Below, piece after piece: positions 29,029 to 43,720 of a DNA stretch of 64,000 nt. A program made the position numbers and the translations under genes. The notes beneath the pieces are model-generated. The model worked only from the letters and a program-made list of their open reading frames with translations. It did no database searches and was not told where the DNA came from. This DNA comes from the human T2T-CHM13v2.0 reference genome, Homo sapiens, in the NCBI RefSeq assembly GCF_009914755.1, contig NC_060936.1. One strand, given 5' to 3'. Every line of letters begins with the position of its first letter. Position 1 is the first letter of the stretch.

Positions 29029-30999
29029 TTATTTGTCTAATGTCATTTGACAGACGCAGGAAGAATATTCCAACTTAGGATCCTTGAATTCTAAAGACTT
29101 TTTGTTTTGTTTAGTTTTGTATGTGTGTATGTATGACTCCTATTAGGCCTCTCTATCCCCTTACAGAAGCCAGTGAAAGAATAAAATAAATAATTCAAAG
29201 AAGACCTACAGTAAGAGAGACAGTGCTGTGTGAACAGAGACAGCTGACCCTTCTCAGGAGCATCTCTCTAGATGCCTACTGGTTGGCTTTTTCTTGGTGA
29301 ATTCATCCGTGTTTAGGTCCTTGTTCTCAATCTTGCAAGCTCAAAAATTTAAACTGGTCTATATTCCAAAGTTGGTCCAGTTTTCTTCTCTTTCTCTCAA
29401 ACAACACAAAGATGAATATAAAAGCAGAAAAATCTTTAAATTTATACAATGAGAATTATAACACCCAAGATGAATGGGCAATCATGTTAACCTGACTAGC
29501 ACATTCTTTTACCAGTCACATAAAGATAAGATTCATGCGATGCCAAGTTATGATCAGAACATGTGAGATTTTGTGTATTGTTAAAGAAAAAAACATACCT
29601 TATGAGACTCCGGTAGCCACCTATACAATTGTGAATTGATTACTAAGCTGACTATAGCAAGATCTGAGTCAGTCTTGAATACCAAGATCTAAATTACCAA
29701 TGTTTGCCTCTGGCGCTCCATTTCCAACAATGCCTCTCTGGCTAAAAAATAATCTCTCTTTAATTTACTACATTAGTAGAATTAATCAGGCTATTGGCAA
29801 TACTTGAGTCCAGGGATCACTTTTGATATTTTTTTAGGTTTCTTGAAATATATTTATGTTTAGCCATTACGTGTTCACAGCTCAACCTTCAGAGAATAGC
29901 CTAAAGTTAGGATTAACTTTATCCATATCTAGCCCCACTGACCCCACCTGGGGAGAAAAAAAACATCAGAGGACTTCAGCTATACCTGGAACAAAAATAT
30001 CCAATTTTCTTTGGGTTGACATAATCAGCTGGATAATAAACAAAAACTGAAATAATAGTAATTCTACATGCAAATGATACAATTCACTTGGCACAACTGT
30101 CCCTTAATCTGATGCCTAATTGAGAAAAATATCAGGCAGCTCATTTATAGCATAAAACTATCATTCTGGAGAAAATTTTTCTCATGAGTAATTAAACAAA
30201 ATTTAAATAAAAATGCTGCCACCAAGTAAATTTGTTAAATTGTGCTTTTACTGTATCAGGGCCTCAATTTAATTGTCATCTGTCTGTAAATACTAGAGAA
30301 GAATTTGCCATCAGTTTAAGAACATAATGACTGGCAGTTTTCCAGACATAATTACTCCAAAACAGGACAGCATTGTGTAGACTGCAAACACTTGCACAAA
30401 AGATATGGTTTATGTATGAGGTAACGTAAGGGCATGAAAGAGGAAAGACTACTTTTAAACCCATTACGAATATCAGGAAAAGATTGGGAAATGACAGCCC
30501 CATTGAGTTAACGAAGGGTACATTCCAACATACAATTACAATCCCATTTACAAATAAAAGCATCCTTCAGTTGCAGACATCAAAGAAACCCATCAAATTT
30601 CAATCAGGCTTACGTTATAAATATTGGAGAGGAAAGATGGATGAGGGATAATTACTTACAGCAGGTCACTACTTTTCTAGTGAAGAAATAAGAATGTTAA
30701 TAGAACCAAATATGCCTGTTTTTCAGTTCAAATAAAAGGGAAGCAGTACATATTTACAGCGGATTAAATGGTGACTCAAGAACTGATCTTTCAGGTGCTA
30801 TAGGCATCGGGCAGTGGAATTCAGGAGCAGGAAGAAGTCTCTCCCCCAAAACAATCCAGCCTTTATTCTCTGCCAGGGAAATTCCACCATGAAATTTCTC
30901 TATGACAGCACTATTTCTATTCAAACTCAAAATACCATTGGGAATGAAAGAACATTAAGCTGCTGCCAATTATTTACTTCTTACTAGGAAATAATTTCA

Positions 31000-31325
31000 A
31001 CAACATTTATTTGACAAAAGTTTATTTATGTACCAGGCCCTCTAAAAGCTATTGGGAATACAATATGGAACTAACATAGACATGATTTCTTACCTCCTGG
31101 ATCTTAGATTCCAGCTGGGGAGACAGCCATTAATCAAATAACCCCTAAGTGGGTGTTTAATTACAGACTGAGAGAAGATCTATGCAGAAGAGAAAGGTGG
31201 GCCTTAAAAAGCCTATGACTTCATCTAGGCTGGGGTCTCAGAAAGTCCAATGAGGAAGTAATCATTGAGCTGACTGTTGAAGGATGAACAAGAGACAGCT
31301 AGGTGAGGAGAAGGATGGAAACTCA
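31000..31325 (-). mobile_element. L2 fragment (resumes about 31770-31955 after the L1 insertion)
   Basis: caacatttatttgac...tatgtaccaggcc...gaggaagtaatcattgagctgactgttgaaggatg. Confidence 0.7.
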
Positions 31326-31334
31326 TTCTGAGCA

Positions 31335-31760
31335 AATTAACAGTATGCTCAATATCCATAAAATGGAATGTTATTTAGTCATAAAAAGAAATGAAGTACC
31401 GATAAATGCTACACCATGGATGAACATGACAAACACTGTGTTAAGTGAGAGAAGCCAGGCACAAAAAGCCATGTATTGTATAAATCCATTTATATGAAAT
31501 GTCCATAGAGATAGAGATAGAAAATCCATAGAGACAGAAGTCAGATGAATGTTTACCAGGCCTGGGAGTAGGAGGGAATGACTAGTGACTATTTAGTAGG
31601 TATGGATTTTCTTTGGGGATTATGAAATACTGTGGAACTTGACTGTGGTGATAGTTATACAACATTGTGAATGTACTCAAATGCCATTGAGTTGTCCAAA
31701 TTAAAATGGTTAAAATGGTGAATTGTAGGTTATGTGTATTGTAACACAAATTTTTTTTAA
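31335..31760 (+). mobile_element. L1MB-type 3' end
   Basis: atccataaaatggaatgttatttagtcataaaaagaaatgaagtac...gttaagtgagagaagccaggcacaaaaagcc...cattgtgaatgtactcaaatgccattga. Confidence 0.85.
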
Positions 31761-31955
31761 GCAGTATATTGAAAGACCCTTCTCCTGGCAGGAGTGAGCA
31801 TGGCTTATTCTAGAAACTGAAAGATGCAGTGTGGATGGATGGCAGAGACAATGGGGAGAAGAGACAGTAGGCTGGGACAAGAGCATGCAGAGGCATGGAG
31901 GCCTTGCTAGGATTCGGCCTTTATCTTAAGAGGAATGGAAGCCACTGAAAGTTAA

Positions 31956-32150
31956 GTGTGCATCTGTGCGTGTGTGTGTGTGTATGTGTGTATGTGTATG
32001 TATATAGAGGGGGAGCATTACCATCCACACACACACACTTGAAAAAATATCTATATATTCTGTGCATGTGTGTGCATGTGTGTGTGTATAGAGGAGGAGC
32101 ATTACCATAAACACACACATACACACACACACATATTTGAAAAATATAAC
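31956..32150. repeat. Two tandem units of (TG)n-spacer-(CA)n
   Basis: Spacer tatagagg(g/a)ggagcattaccat at 32003-32024 and 32087-32108, each between a TG tract and a CA tract. Confidence 0.9.
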
Positions 32151-34120
32151 CATATAGCCAAGAAAGAGTGTGTCTTTATAGCTTGAAAGAAGAGTGTGGT
32201 GGAAGATAAGATGGGAAGAGGGAAATGTGCACAAGGCAAACGACACCTCCTTCCTAGTTTTTGTAGGGCTAATTCTGTTTAGGTCCTCCTAGGTAGAGTT
32301 GTATAGAAGTCTTGAGATTAGCAAAACACATGAGGATATTTCAGTGTGAGGTAAACAAGCAACTGATGCTTGAGTGTGTAATAAGTTATTTTAATATGGG
32401 AAAGCCGAAGAATGAATTAGATATTTAATGAGATTTTAAGATGGGGGCACAGGTTGGTGCTCAATCTAGGGTTTAAACTTCAGGGTAAGACAGTGAAGAG
32501 CAGTGCTCAGGTGCAGTTGGAACTGTCAGTGATGGCAATAACATGATTTTGGTTTTCCTTGGTTAGAGAATTCTTCTGAGAATGGACCAGAACTTCTGTA
32601 CTCCCGGTAATTTGTGGGATCCTACAGACTTGCCACACGGAGCTAGTTGCATTGCATCTCTCAGTATCAACAGTGTGTGCCACATTGGGGTAGAAATGAG
32701 GTTATGCTTCAGTTTGGAGGAGGTGCTTTAGGAATAAATACATTAATTGATGTTAGAAATTAGAGAGCATCATAAATTTATTTATTCATTTGTTCCATCC
32801 TTTCTCATGAAGCAAGTGTTTGAGTATTGTCTATTTTAGAGCACTATGCTATGCCTAAGTCCAGAAGACCAATAATTAAAACGAGGTCATTTTCTATGAA
32901 AATTAAGAAATTACAAATGTAATTTTACAGATAAGATACATGAATGAAACTTTCTGTTTAGATCATAAGGCCAGAACCTAAGAAGTCTTGTTTACTTTCT
33001 AACTAAATATCTATAGGAATTATTTTTTAATGGACATAATTTTTGAATGAATACAGTTTTAAAAATCCAAAATCACTTTTTGTACTAATACCATATTTCC
33101 ATCAACTGCTATTTTTCGCCTCCATGATATAATACCAGAAAGTATCTCAGGTACATATTGGACAATGGGTAAAAAGAAAAAGACTTTTCTTTTTATCGAT
33201 GTTTATGTAAACTTGATAATCACATTCATTACAAGATGTAAGACTTTGAGAACCACCTGACAATGGGAAGATGTTTAGTGAAATCCTATGAAGCAATTTT
33301 TTTGTGAAAACAGTTTTCAGAAAAGAGAGTTGTCTAAGTTCCCATAGCAATAAAGTAGCACTGCATAAAACTCCCAATATCTCAGCTGTTATTATCCAGC
33401 ACTAGATAGCACCTAGCAATAGAAAGGCTTTTCCTTGTGTCAGTAAGCAGATGGGCAGGGGCTACCTACTTTCTATGAAGTTGAAGATTGGTCAAAAGAT
33501 CAAGAGACAATCTAACTGAAAGGTTTTCTATTAACTCAAAAGATTCATAAGGGCAAAAGTGAAAAACTAGAGTAAGAATAAAGGAGGACCCAGTGCTCAA
33601 TAAGTTTAAAAATTCAAAATAAATGGCAATAACTTAAACACAATTCCATGGCTTAAAATTACCTGATACATTTGATTTCAAAGAAAAACCACTCATTTAT
33701 TTTATTTAATTATGACTAAAGTCAGTGGCATATACATTTTTAATAATATGTGCATTTGCTTGAAAAATTAGGAAATAAAACTTAACATTTTAAAAAGGCA
33801 TTGTAAAGAATGTGACTCCTTAGTACTGACAGACTGACTCCTGAGTACTGAGAAGATTGACAGGCTCTCAAGTGAAGAGAAAATTAGAAAGGTAACTAAA
33901 ATACAAATTTTTCCAGCTATTAAAACTCATTGACACGGATCAGCCTAAATTCAGAAGGTGATGTTTTCTTAATTAAGTCACTGATGCCATTCCTATTATC
34001 ATGAACACCAGAAGAGAGATTTTTAATAACCCAAGGCTCATAAACCCCTAGGCTATCTATCAGTGGGGTTTAGGGCATCTGTGAACCCCCCATCCCTCAC
34101 CAAATCTTATGATAAATAGT

Positions 34121-34961
34121 GTGTGATAGATGTCTATTGTATCAACTTGGCTTAGAACTAAGTCTTCCATATGTCTTTTCTGCAGATTTCTTGGACAGTG
34201 TGGACCTCAAGAGACATTTTGCATAAGATGTAGAAAGTGGAAGTGAAGCAGTAGCCATCTTGTTTTTTTATGCTTGGAAGATGGATGCAGGGCTCCAAGC
34301 ACTGTTGGAACTCATGCATGTTGTCACTTATCCACAAGCTCACCTTGTTGGTGAGGGGCAGCAGCTGGGCTCCTGCCAGATCCTCCTGCTGCATCAACTT
34401 CCCTGAATCCTGGACCAGATGCATATTTAGCTCCATGATGGAAGGCACCAGTTTCTCCTTCATTCAGCTTGCCTTTTCTTCCTCTGCTTCCCATCCATCT
34501 TCTTTGCCCAGCTGTCTGTGGACTTCAGGTGCCAGCACCAGGCCAGAAACTACAGCTTTGTATCCAAACTCAGACCTCTTCACCAGTTTCCACAGCACTG
34601 TAAGGACAAATCCCTACAATTAAGAAATATATATTTCTTAATTGAAAATTAAGAAATTGAAAATTGAAAAATATATATTTACTTATGTAAATATATATTT
34701 ATATGTGTAAAGATTTACTTATATATAAGTAAATATATATTTATATGTAATATATAATATAAATATTTGCTTATATATTTATATATAAATATATACATAC
34801 ATTATATATAAATATATGCATATTATATGTGATATTATATACAGTTAATAAAATATAAATATATATTTATATATTAAATATACTAAAATATATTATAAAT
34901 ATATATTTTAATAACTGTATAAACTAATAAGCGTGTATGGTTTTGCTTAAACCCTGATACA
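34121..34961 (+). mobile_element. MLT2 (F/E-like) ERVL LTR interrupted by AT-rich low complexity
   Basis: Begins tgtgatagatgtc...caacttgg; ggaagtgaagcagtagccatc; ends tggttttgcttaaaccctgataca. Confidence 0.65.
34625..34925. repeat. TA-rich low-complexity tract
   Basis: About 300 bp of nearly pure A/T with atatat runs. Confidence 0.9.
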
Positions 34962-35002
34962 TTGTATGTTAAAGTATAATTTTTTTAAAGTTATAAATGT
35001 AT

Positions 35003-35554
<552 letters not shown>

Positions 35555-36507
35555 TTACAAATGTAACTCTCATACAAATTCATAGTGAGCATAGTATGAC
35601 AAAGATTTACTTAAGTTATTAATGAGGATCCAGCGGGATGTCAAAAATAGTTCAAAGAAGGATGTAAGACACCAATGAAAGTATAAGAAAGAATGCGGGA
35701 ATATGATTGCTAAATTAGATTCAAAACTGGTTAATGTACTACACGACAATCAAAACATAAATTTTAGAATTATCTCCCTTTTAGAGAGAAATCATTGGCA
35801 TCTCATCTGGACAAAAATCATTGTCATCCAATGAAATTTCTACAAGTTAAGAAGTAATTTTATAATTTGGACTCTAATCAATAGTAAACAGTAATCAGGC
35901 AAAGCTATATTTCAAGAATCAGATGAGCCTTCATCAGGCTTATTGGACACTGCTCAAGCAAAACTTGGGAATGTCATAGTTATCATTTTGCTTTATTTCC
36001 AAATTTTGGAAATTTTTTTAGCATATTTATATGTATTTTTCTACAGAGAACAGCCAAAATCTAAAGGGATTTTCAGTTTTTAAAAAGAGAGAGTAAAACC
36101 AACCAAATTTAAAAAATAAAATAGAACAGATCCCATTCGAATTTTTCAATAATTGCAAAAAGTAAGAAAAACTTGTTTAATTCTGGAAGTTCTTGTTTAA
36201 CTGAATTTTTTCTTCATTGCTAGTATAAAAATAAAAATGCTCAAATATCTCATGGTTTTAAAATAACACAGCCATAAAAAGCAGTTCATTTGTTATTGTA
36301 AGCTACCATATTATCTTTTTATTTTACTTTAAATGAATAGCCAGCATTTACTGAGGTCTTACTATGTAGCAGGAGATTTGACATACATTATCTCGTAACA
36401 ACCCAGTGATGCAGTTACTGTCACTGGCCTTGTGCTCTAGAGGAAGAAGTCAGCTCAGAGAAGTAAGTCAGCTCCACTGTGAATATTTGGACCCAGGGTT
36501 TTCTCAC

Positions 36508-36854
36508 TTTATTTTATTATTACTATTTTTTTAGAGACAGGGTCTTGCTTTGTCACCTGGGCTAGAATGCAGTGGCGTGATCACAGCTCCCTGCAGCCTC
36601 AAACTCCTGAGTTTAAGTGATTCTCCCACCTAAGCTTCCCAAGGCCTGCAGGTGAATGCCACCACGCCAGGCTAACTTTTTTTTATTCTTATTATTATTT
36701 GTAGAGATGGGGGAATCTCTTTTTTTTGTTCTTATTGTTATTTGTAGAGATGGGGGAATCCTTATATTGCCCAGGCTGGCAAATTCCTGGGCTCAAGCAA
36801 CCCTCCTGGCTCGGCCTCCTAAAATGTTGGGATTATAGACGTGAGCCATTACAT
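36508..36854 (-). mobile_element. AluJ with internal duplication and deletion
   Basis: gagacagggtcttgc...atcacagctccctgcagcctcaaactcctg; 43-bp duplication at 36676-36760. Confidence 0.88.
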
Positions 36855-37429
36855 CCATTATAGACGTTATAGACGGAGCCATTACATATATTAGAGACCA
36901 CACATTTGCCCACCACTAGCTTCTTTCACCTCTCCCAGAAAACTCCTTGAAAAATAAACATGTTTATTACATATTCATTGCCTACTTCTTGTGCAATCAA
37001 TGCATAGTGTATGCAAACTGCCTTGCTAGCTTGGGGCCTGGCACATAACACAAGTTAGTTTCCTCCATCTCTGTCCACCCTCCCATCCCTTACAGAAGTA
37101 ACAGGTTGCTAAGGTTCTGTTTTATCCCTTTTTCTTGGCAATATCACAGTTTTAAAAATAAAAGCTATAAAAATGACCCCAAAGTCTACTTCAAATTCCA
37201 GATATCGCCTCCATATATCCATTGGCTTGTTGGGTTTCTCCATAAGATGTCCCTCTAGCATTTCAAATTGTGTCTCAAATTAGAATATACCTGGCACAGA
37301 GATGTCATCATGAATTTAAGCTTTGTTCTAATATGTTTCTCCCCTAATAACGATGGGCATATGTGAGCCCAGGGTGTAGGAACATCAGTTTTACTCAGTG
37401 GTAAGTAAAGTGTAATATTATTCCTCCCC

Positions 37430-37770
37430 TAAAATATTCACATGGCTCATTCCCTCATCTCTTTGAAATTTTTGATAAAATGGCTCCTCCCTAAAGAGAC
37501 TACTTGACCATCTCATCTATCACATACCTCTTAGCCCTCCCAGTCCTCCTGTCTTGTTCTATTTTTTTTCTAGCACTTATCACCTACTAAGACCCTATAT
37601 AATTTACTTTTTTGTCATGTTTATTGTTACTGTCAATCTCACTTTACAAGAATGATGGTTCCACAGGGCAAAGATTTTGTTTGTTTTGTTTACCAGATTG
37701 TCAATGCTGCCTAGAGCAGGACACATGGTTGGTACTCTATAAATATTTGTTCAGTGAATGAATGAATCGA
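37430..37770 (+). mobile_element. L2a 3' end
   Basis: tagcacttatcacc...ttccacagggcaaagatttt...ataaatatttgttcagtgaatgaatgaa. Confidence 0.8.
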
Positions 37771-38959
37771 TGATAGCAAAACAAACACAGCTACGTTATA
37801 GTATGCACAGAAAACATGTATGAATTGAAAATGTGACACATCAATGGAAATAGTTAAATTTTTTCTATAACTTGATACACATTTTTCACTTAAATAAAAA
37901 TTTTAAAGAAAACTTCTAACACTACAAAAATGAAAATCACTATCACTTGCTTTAAATACAAGACAACCTTACTAAAAATTATGTAATTACTAACATAAAT
38001 ATTACATATGTACTCTTTAAAATCTCCATTTCACTGGGATCACACACCTCATACTTTGGGAAATATTAGACTAAGAAATTTAAGGAGATTCTATATTAGA
38101 GATTACTAACTCCTAAACCTGGAAGTGGTTATGGAAACTATCTCATTTTAGAAATAAAGAAATGGAAGGTGAGAAGGTTTGAGTGTCTTGTTCCAAGCCA
38201 GACAGTGATGTTTAGGGGTCTGTACCACCTAATTATTCTGCTCTTCCATGACACATGTTTGCTTGTCTCTAGCAGTGTTGTGCCATTCACAATTAAGCAA
38301 ATCCTCTCTGGCATTTACCTGCTTCTGAGCCTTTCTTTGTCTGAACATTTTTGTTTGCTTTCTGACTCCTTTACCCTTATAGACCAGATTCATCCTACAC
38401 TTTGTGTTTCTTTTGCAGCATTTATTTGTGCTCTTCTGTATTATATTGTTCTTTTTTTGTACTTGTGTCATATTTCCTACTTTTCTTGAGCTTCAGTATA
38501 GTAACAGTTTTATTTTTAAACTGTCCCTCTGTGATACCTAACATTATACCTAATAGTGAGTTTGTGTTCAATAAGATTTTTACAAGAACTCAATTGAATC
38601 TTACTACTATTTGGGAACAAAGCATTAGAAAATGAGATGCTGGTGGTCTTTATATACTATGGGGCCCATCTGTTTGCTATTACCTGTTTCCCACCTGCTG
38701 TCATTACCAGCATAAAACTCCATCTGCTACTTCCTCTTCTCTTCCAAGCCTGACTTGGCACTAAATCTGTCAGACTCTACATTAGAGTTGACTAGTCAGC
38801 ATTACTTTTCCGTAATGATTTTTCCTAATTACTACATCTTATTTTATTTTATTTGGTCCTCGAGAGTATCCTTAAGACGTGAGTCAGGTAACTAGCACTA
38901 AAATCAGGACAAATCTGTCAAAACTGTTTTTTAAAAAGCATTAAAGAAGCATTCAGATT

Positions 38960-39102
38960 TGAAATTGAAGTAGAGGTTACAGATGGGTGAGTGTGACCTT
39001 GGGAAATCACTCAACGTTTCTGGTTCTCAGCATTCTTTCCTTTATGATGAGAGAATTAAGCGCAGTGTCTCTGAGATCCCTTCCAAATGTAACATCCCTG
39101 AT
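38960..39102 (+). mobile_element. MIR3-like SINE
   Basis: gtgtgaccttgggaaatcactcaac...tctctgagatcccttccaaatgtaacatc. Confidence 0.65.
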
Positions 39103-39551
39103 AGCAAAGGTTCATCCCTGAGGACATCCTCATCCACTGCATTTTATTCTCTCATCATAGAGGAGAGAATGCTGAGAACCATCCTCAATGGCATCGCCTT
39201 CACAAGTCTTTCCTGACCCCTATCCTGATCAAACTGAATCCCATCTTTCAACTTCTAAATGCTTAATTCTCACCTATGTTCCTGTCTTACTTTATCCTAT
39301 ACTGTCGTCAAGCTAGCTGTGCCTTACTCCATCACACTGCCTTCTCCCTCAAGTCGTGGGTTGCTGAAAGCAGTAATAATCTTTGCAACTCCCTCAAAGG
39401 TCTAGTAGAGTGTGTTATAGCTAGCACAGGCAGTACACACTGGACAAATTAATGAATGAACTGAAAAAGCATAATATCATAATGATTCTGTCCTGGAAGA
39501 AATAAAAACCAAAAATGCTACTGAACAAATCAGATAATTATAGAAATTTGA

Positions 39552-39836
39552 ACTGGGCGTGGTGGCTCACATCTGTAATCTCAACACTTTGGGAGGCTGA
39601 GGTGGGCAGATCACTTGAGGTCAGGAATTTGAGACCAACCTGGCCAATATTGGAAAACCCCGTGTCTACTAAAAATACAAAAATTACCCGGGTATGGTGG
39701 CTTATGCCTATAATCCCAGCTGTCTGGGTTGCTGAGGCACAAGGATCACTTGAACCCATGAGGCGGAAGTTGCAGTGAGCTGAGATGGTGCCACTGCACT
39801 CCAGCCTGGGCAACAGAGTGAGACTCTGTCTGGAAA

Positions 39837-39868
<32 letters not shown>

Positions 39869-39880
39869 AGAAAAAAAAAA
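39552..39880 (+). mobile_element. Alu (old S/J type) with long A-rich tail
   Basis: TSD agaaatttga at 39542-39551 and 39881-39890. Confidence 0.93.
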
Positions 39881-40613
39881 AGAAATTTGAGCCATAGCCA
39901 CCATTATGAATTTTAGTCACCATGGAAAGTGACTCCAGAAAATAAATGTAATATACAATTTAAACATAATAGCAACATATGGTATGTTTAATATGTAAAT
40001 ACAGAAGCCTATATAGAAGAAGAGGCCATGTTACAGAATGATCAGGAGTGTAGACTATAGAGATTGTACTTGATGCCTGGCTTTCATCATGACTCCGATA
40101 CTTTCTATGAGCTAGGGGAAGTTATGTGACTTTCTATCTCAAATTTATCATTTGTAACATGGAAGTATCTAGTTCTTAGAGTTACTATGTGAAAAAAATG
40201 AATGTCTGGCACATGTTGAGTATCTGGCACATATTAAGTGCTTAAGAGATGGCACATATTAAGTGCCATTATTTTATATTCAGTACTAAAATATTTTAGT
40301 ATGCTTGTTCTTTAGCCCACAAAATGGTAGTAATAATGAAAGTTTTCTCCTAGAACCACTGTGAGATTTTTCAGTGCTTATGGCTATTGAATACATTCTG
40401 GTTATATTATTGGATTCATACAAAAATATCTTAACTTAAAAATAGCTAAAAAGCGCTGAGGCATTTTAAAGGTGACCTGGATTCTTGCTCGTCTCAAGCC
40501 ACTTTATTTTTCCAGGTTGAGAATCATGTAGTATTGGCTTTTTAAAAAACTAGCAAAATATATATTTATCTTCTAACTAATGGATGTACAGCAGACAGAA
40601 AGTTAATGAGTAT

Positions 40614-40972
40614 TGTCTTAGTCTATTTGGGCTGCTATAATAAAAAATGTCATAGACCAGATGGCTTAAACAACAGACACTTATTTTTCACAGTTCAGGA
40701 GGCTGGAAAGTTCAAGATCGAGGCACGGGCAGACTGGGTGTCTGGTAAGGGCCTGCTTCCTGGTTTGTAGACACAGCTGTCTTCTTGCTGTGTCTTCACA
40801 TGGTGGAATGGGTGAAGAAGCTCTTTGAAGTCTCTTTTATAATGACACTGATGCCATTCAATGAGGCTCCCCACCGTGAACTCCCAAAGGCCTCACCCAC
40901 AAATGCCATTAGGTTGGGGATTAAGTTGCAACATATAAATTTGGGGGAAACACAAGCATTCAGTTTATAGCA
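40614..40972 (-). mobile_element. MLT1A/MLT1A0 MaLR solo LTR
   Basis: TG...CA termini, MLT1A motifs (gggctgctataa, cacagttcaggaggctggaaagttcaagatc); perfect 5-bp TSD agtat at 40609-40613 and 40973-40977. Confidence 0.9.
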
Positions 40973-41104
40973 AGTATGAATACTTTCTGAAAGTTTCTGA
41001 AAGAAAATTCTACCATATTCTTACTTCAGCAACACTTTCACTTTTGAGCCAACCAAACCATTTTCCAAAATCTGTCATGTAATGTTAATTCTGTGAGGTT
41101 GAAG

Positions 41105-41350
41105 TTAGTGATTAGGGCATCAGCTTTGTGATCAGACAGAAAGGAGGTCACATCCTGGCTCCACCACTTTCTAGGCACATGAAATTGAACATGTTACTTC
41201 ACCTTTCTAACCTCAGCTTTTCCATCTATGATACAAGAATAATAACAGCTTCCTTACTCACAGGTTATCGTAAGGATTAAGAAAGATCACATAGATGGCA
41301 TGATTGTGTGGCAGAGAATAAACGATCAACACACGGTATAGCTATTATTA
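41105..41350 (+). mobile_element. MIR SINE
   Basis: atcctggctccaccactttctagg...cctcagcttttccatctatg...caggttatcgtaaggattaa. Confidence 0.8.
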
Positions 41351-42013
41351 TTTCTGATGAAATACACTTGCCATTATGTCTGTAAAATGGTCAATTTTAA
41401 GTCCATTTCAGAATACTGCATTTCATAAAGAAGTTCCAGGTTTTCACAATACCAACTGATTGAACAATCAGAGGAAATTTTTTGTGAAAGGCAAAATTTT
41501 GCTTGAGCAGTAAGTAGTCTTTTTCACAAGATTTTACATATACTGGAATAGTAATATTATCACAATGAGTCTCAATATCATCTCTCTTGTTGATGAAAGA
41601 CTGACAGTTCACATAATTGTTGCCTTAAATATGGACTTATACGTTCAGAGTAACAGGGAAAAGAATGTGCTATTCTGTCAAGGATATGAGGGTGTTCTTG
41701 AAGCAAGTGTATCTTCAACATCTTGTCCAGCTGAAGGAATATAAACTTTGACAGCATCTCCAGCTGACAGCATCTAGAATTGAAGGGGCTGCTTCAGGGT
41801 TGGCACAGGTATTTACATCACCCTCTTCTGCACCCCAGCCCCTCGCCTCTTTTTTGGCTTCTCACTCCACTGATAACTGCAGGATCAAGCCTGGGAAAGC
41901 ACATGAAAAATTCACCAACGCAGAACAATGCAATCATACAACAAGGTGACATTTTAGGTAACTTAAACTATAAGAAGTGCCTCCCGAGAAACAGGAAATT
42001 ATATCCAAAGTAG

Positions 42014-42175
<162 letters not shown>

Positions 42176-42882
42176 TGATTTAACATCATAAAGTGCCATG
42201 GTAAAAAAAAAAATTGCAGATTTAGTAATGAGCAGAGAAACAGCCTCTTGAGTGATGCTCTAATTCACGACATGCCACTGACAATTCACTGAGCTGTGTA
42301 TGCATATCTTTTCATTTCTGCACCGAAGTTATGCTCAGGAGTCTAAAAGCTGTTTTAAAATGCCAGGCTTCGAGGTGCTGTTCTCCTAAGACATGGCAGA
42401 CCTATAATTTCTTCACATATTTACATAAATGGCTCCTGTGAATGGGGGAAGTCTTTATGTGGCTAACATTATAAACTTCTATTATGAAACAACTCATTAC
42501 CCATTATCAGCCCCTGTCACCCAGTCTATGTATAGAGAAGGAGAGGAGAGAGAAATGTCATTAAACAAAAATGAAATTGCTGAAAAAAATGGAGCAGGAG
42601 ACATTTGCCTAACTCTATAAATCAAAGGTAGTGGAGTATAACTTTATCTCATTCATATTAGGTCATTAAGCCAGAAAAAGCTGAGGAGCGGTAAGAACCT
42701 TGGTACTTAAAATGCTATAACCATTTAGTGCTCTCTCTCTCTCTCTCTCGGAGCAGGCTTTGTGATTTCTCTCCCTCCCTCCCTCCATCTTTCTCTGTCT
42801 TCCTCTGTCCCTCATGTGAAAACTCTGTTATTCAAAGGACAAAAGGAAATCTGTTTGAGAAGAAAAATTATTTTTCTTTCTA

Positions 42883-43253
<371 letters not shown>

Positions 43254-43720
43254 TTAGATTTTCTTTATTGAGAAGCTATTTCTATCCATCGCTGTACATC
43301 AAGGTGTATAAAAATGAATTGATTTGAACTGTGTTTGTAAACTGAGTTTATTTTAGGATTCTGAGAAATTAGATTTGAGAGGACGGCTTGCAGAACTCTT
43401 TCATCGAAGGACAAGGAATCTTGGAAAAAAGCACATTGTAAGAGGAGAGGCTGGGTCCATAAGGTGACCTCTAGGAAAATGGGCTAGAGCACCAGGGTGG
43501 AAATGATTTTCAGACAAGACGGTACTTGATTCTCAGGTTATCATTTTCCCAGCACCCATGGACTCACTTCCTGAGGGCAGCCTCCTCGAGTCCACAACTT
43601 AAACGGTGCTTTCTCTATTATTCTTCCACATAGCATCTGCAGTCTTCCTTCCTAGTAAAATACACATTTGTTGGTGTGTTTACAAGCTAATGGTTGTTTC
43701 TTCTACTTGACTATAGGCTC

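Noticed and set aside
33813-33851. 17-bp near-tandem repeat tgactcct(t/g)agtactga; also tgacagcatct twice near 41750
   Set aside because: Real but very short; ordinary slippage products with no supportable function.
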